From Nitratidesulfovibrio vulgaris str. Hildenborough (GTDB lineage Bacteria > Desulfobacterota > Desulfovibrionia > Desulfovibrionales > Desulfovibrionaceae): a DNA stretch of 32,000 nt. The position numbers and the translations under genes were made by a program. Under the pieces are notes generated by a model. The model searched no databases. It had not been told where the DNA came from and worked only from the letters and a program-made list of their open reading frames with translations. This document shows positions 30,666 through 32,000 of the stretch, piece by piece (positions within the stretch are counted from its first letter, which is position 1; the number at the start of each line of letters is the position of its first letter). Location: contig NC_002937.3 in the NCBI RefSeq assembly GCF_000195755.1, positions 240,001-272,000 of the forward strand, read 5' to 3'.

Positions 30666-31940
30666 TCAGGCCGTGATGCGTTCAAGGCCGCCCATGTAAG
30701 GACGCAGCACTTCCGGCACGATGACGGAACCGTCTTCCTGCTGGTAGTTCTCGAGAACGGCGACAAGGGTGCGTCCCACCGCGAGGCCGGAACCGTTCAG
30801 CGTATGCACGAACTCGGGCTTGCCACCACCGGCGGGCCGGAAGCGGATATTGGCCCTGCGTGCCTGGAAGTCGCCGCAGTTGGAGCACGACGAAATCTCG
30901 CGGTACTTGTCTTGACCGGGCAGCCAGACTTCGAGGTCGTACGTCTTGGTGGCCGAAAAGCCCATATCGCCACTGCACAGGGTGATCACTCGGTAGGGCA
31001 GGCCAAGGTTCTGGAGCAGCGCTTCGGCATGTCCCCTCATCCGTTCCAGTTCATCGAACGAGCGTTCGGGGTGGGCAAAACGCACCATTTCCACCTTGGT
31101 GAACTGATGCTGGCGGATGAGCCCTCGCGTGTCCTTGCCGTAGCTGCCCGCCTCGGAACGGAAGCAGGGCGTCTGGGCCGTGTACCCGAGGGGGAGGTCG
31201 CCCTCTTCGAGTATCTCATCGGCGTGCAGGTTGGTCAGGGGCACTTCGGCGGTGGGGATGAGGAAATAGTCCCAGCTTTCAAGGCGGAAGAGATCCTCCT
31301 CGAATTTGGGCAGTTGCCCCGTGCCGGTCATGGTCTTGCGGTTGACCATGAAGGGGGGCAGCACCTCGGTGTAGCCGTTGGCACTGATATGCGTGTCGAG
31401 GAAGTAGTTGGCAAGGGCACGCTCAAGCCGCGCTGCCCACTTCCAGTAGACAGTGAACCGGCTGCCAGCGAGCTTGCCTGCACGCTCGAAATCAAGCCCG
31501 CCAAGGGCGACGCCGATATCCCAGTGTTCGCGAGGAGTGAAGCTGAAGGCGCGCGGTGTCCCCCAGCGGAGCACTTCGACGTTGTCGTTCTCGTCGCGGC
31601 CTTCGGGGACGCTCTCGTGCGGAATGTTGGGGATGGTCAGCATCCAGTCGTTCTGTTCCGACTTGACCGCTTCCGCTTCGAGGTCGAGCGCCTTGATGCG
31701 CTCTGAAACACCGCCAAGGCGTTCGATGAGTGCCGATGCGTCCTCGCCCGCGCGCTTGGCCTTGGCCACTTCAGCCGAGGCCTTGTTGCGTTCGCTCTTG
31801 AGGCTTTCCACCTCGGTGAGCAGTGCCCTGCGACGGGTATCCAGCGTGGTGAACGTTGCGATGTCGATGTCCGAATGGCGCATGGCGAGTGCCTTGGCGA
31901 CCACTTCGGGGTTCTTCTGCAAAAGTTTGAGATCGAGCAT
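30666..31940 (-). CDS. serS: Seryl-tRNA synthetase
   Basis: 424 aa. N-terminal coiled-coil arm ([18 protein letters not shown]...) and class II core motifs ([25 protein letters not shown]; [18 protein letters not shown]). Confidence 0.95.
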   Translation of the reverse strand: MLDLKLLQKNPEVVAKALAMRHSDIDIATFTTLDTRRRALLTEVESLKSERNKASAEVAKAKRAGEDASALIERLGGVSERIKALDLEAEAVKSEQNDWMLTIPNIPHESVPEGRDENDNVEVLRWGTPRAFSFTPREHWDIGVALGGLDFERAGKLAGSRFTVYWKWAARLERALANYFLDTHISANGYTEVLPPFMVNRKTMTGTGQLPKFEEDLFRLESWDYFLIPTAEVPLTNLHADEILEEGDLPLGYTAQTPCFRSEAGSYGKDTRGLIRQHQFTKVEMVRFAHPERSFDELERMRGHAEALLQNLGLPYRVITLCSGDMGFSATKTYDLEVWLPGQDKYREISSCSNCGDFQARRANIRFRPAGGGKPEFVHTLNGSGLAVGRTLVAVLENYQQEDGSVIVPEVLRPYMGGLERITA

Positions 31941-32000
31941 GAGGGTGCCACTCCTTGAAAATGCACCGACCTTGATACCCGTCCGCGGGTGGCTGCGTCA

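Noticed and set aside
29238-31706. Plus-strand ORFs 29238-30596 (452 aa) and 30627-31706 (359 aa)
   Set aside because: They are antisense to the integrase and to serS respectively. The first even reads through the tRNA-Lys gene. The minus-strand products have unambiguous catalytic motifs.

Overview
High-GC bacterial chromosome segment. Composition and gene content suggest a Desulfovibrio-type deltaproteobacterium, but that taxon is only a guess. One temperate prophage fills positions 1 to ~30.53 kb, and its left end lies outside the window. Host DNA resumes with tRNA-Lys(UUU) (30532-30607, -) and serS (30666-31940, -).

Plus-strand order:
- Head module, lambda-like: terminase large subunit (5' partial), a small winged-HTH gene, an orphan ORF, a repeat-rich intergenic island, then gpW-like, portal, S49 protease/scaffold, decoration protein and E-type major capsid protein.
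- Lysis cassette: holin, GH108 endolysin, a lipoprotein and a small ORF.
- Neck, lambda-like: gpZ, gpFII and gpU homologues.
- Contractile tail and baseplate, Mu-like: DUF2635, sheath, tube, chaperone with a T_TTT_TTG -1 frameshift, tape measure, DNA-circulation protein, P, V, gp46, gp47, gp48, tail fibre and fibre chaperone.
- Lower-GC accessory island (~21.55-25.2 kb): hicAB (+), convergent with a minus-strand cassette (YfbU-family protein, 379-aa secreted protein, 81-aa Cys-rich protein) that sits directly downstream of an S24-type CI repressor.
- Immunity and early region: divergent Cro-like gene, CII(CP76)-like regulator, a run of small orphan early genes, an excisionase, and a tyrosine integrase abutting the tRNA.

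All homology calls are by-eye motif and family recognition; no searches were run.

Most noteworthy:
1. The cI-linked three-gene cassette, which occupies the position rexAB holds in lambda.
2. Three exactly 37-bp-phased hairpin repeats plus a 9-mer x4 array inside the head operon, next to a terminase-coupled wHTH gene.
3. A perfect 24-bp inverted repeat enclosing a near-consensus promoter that predicts a leaderless hicA transcript.
4. A lysis cassette with no canonical spanin.
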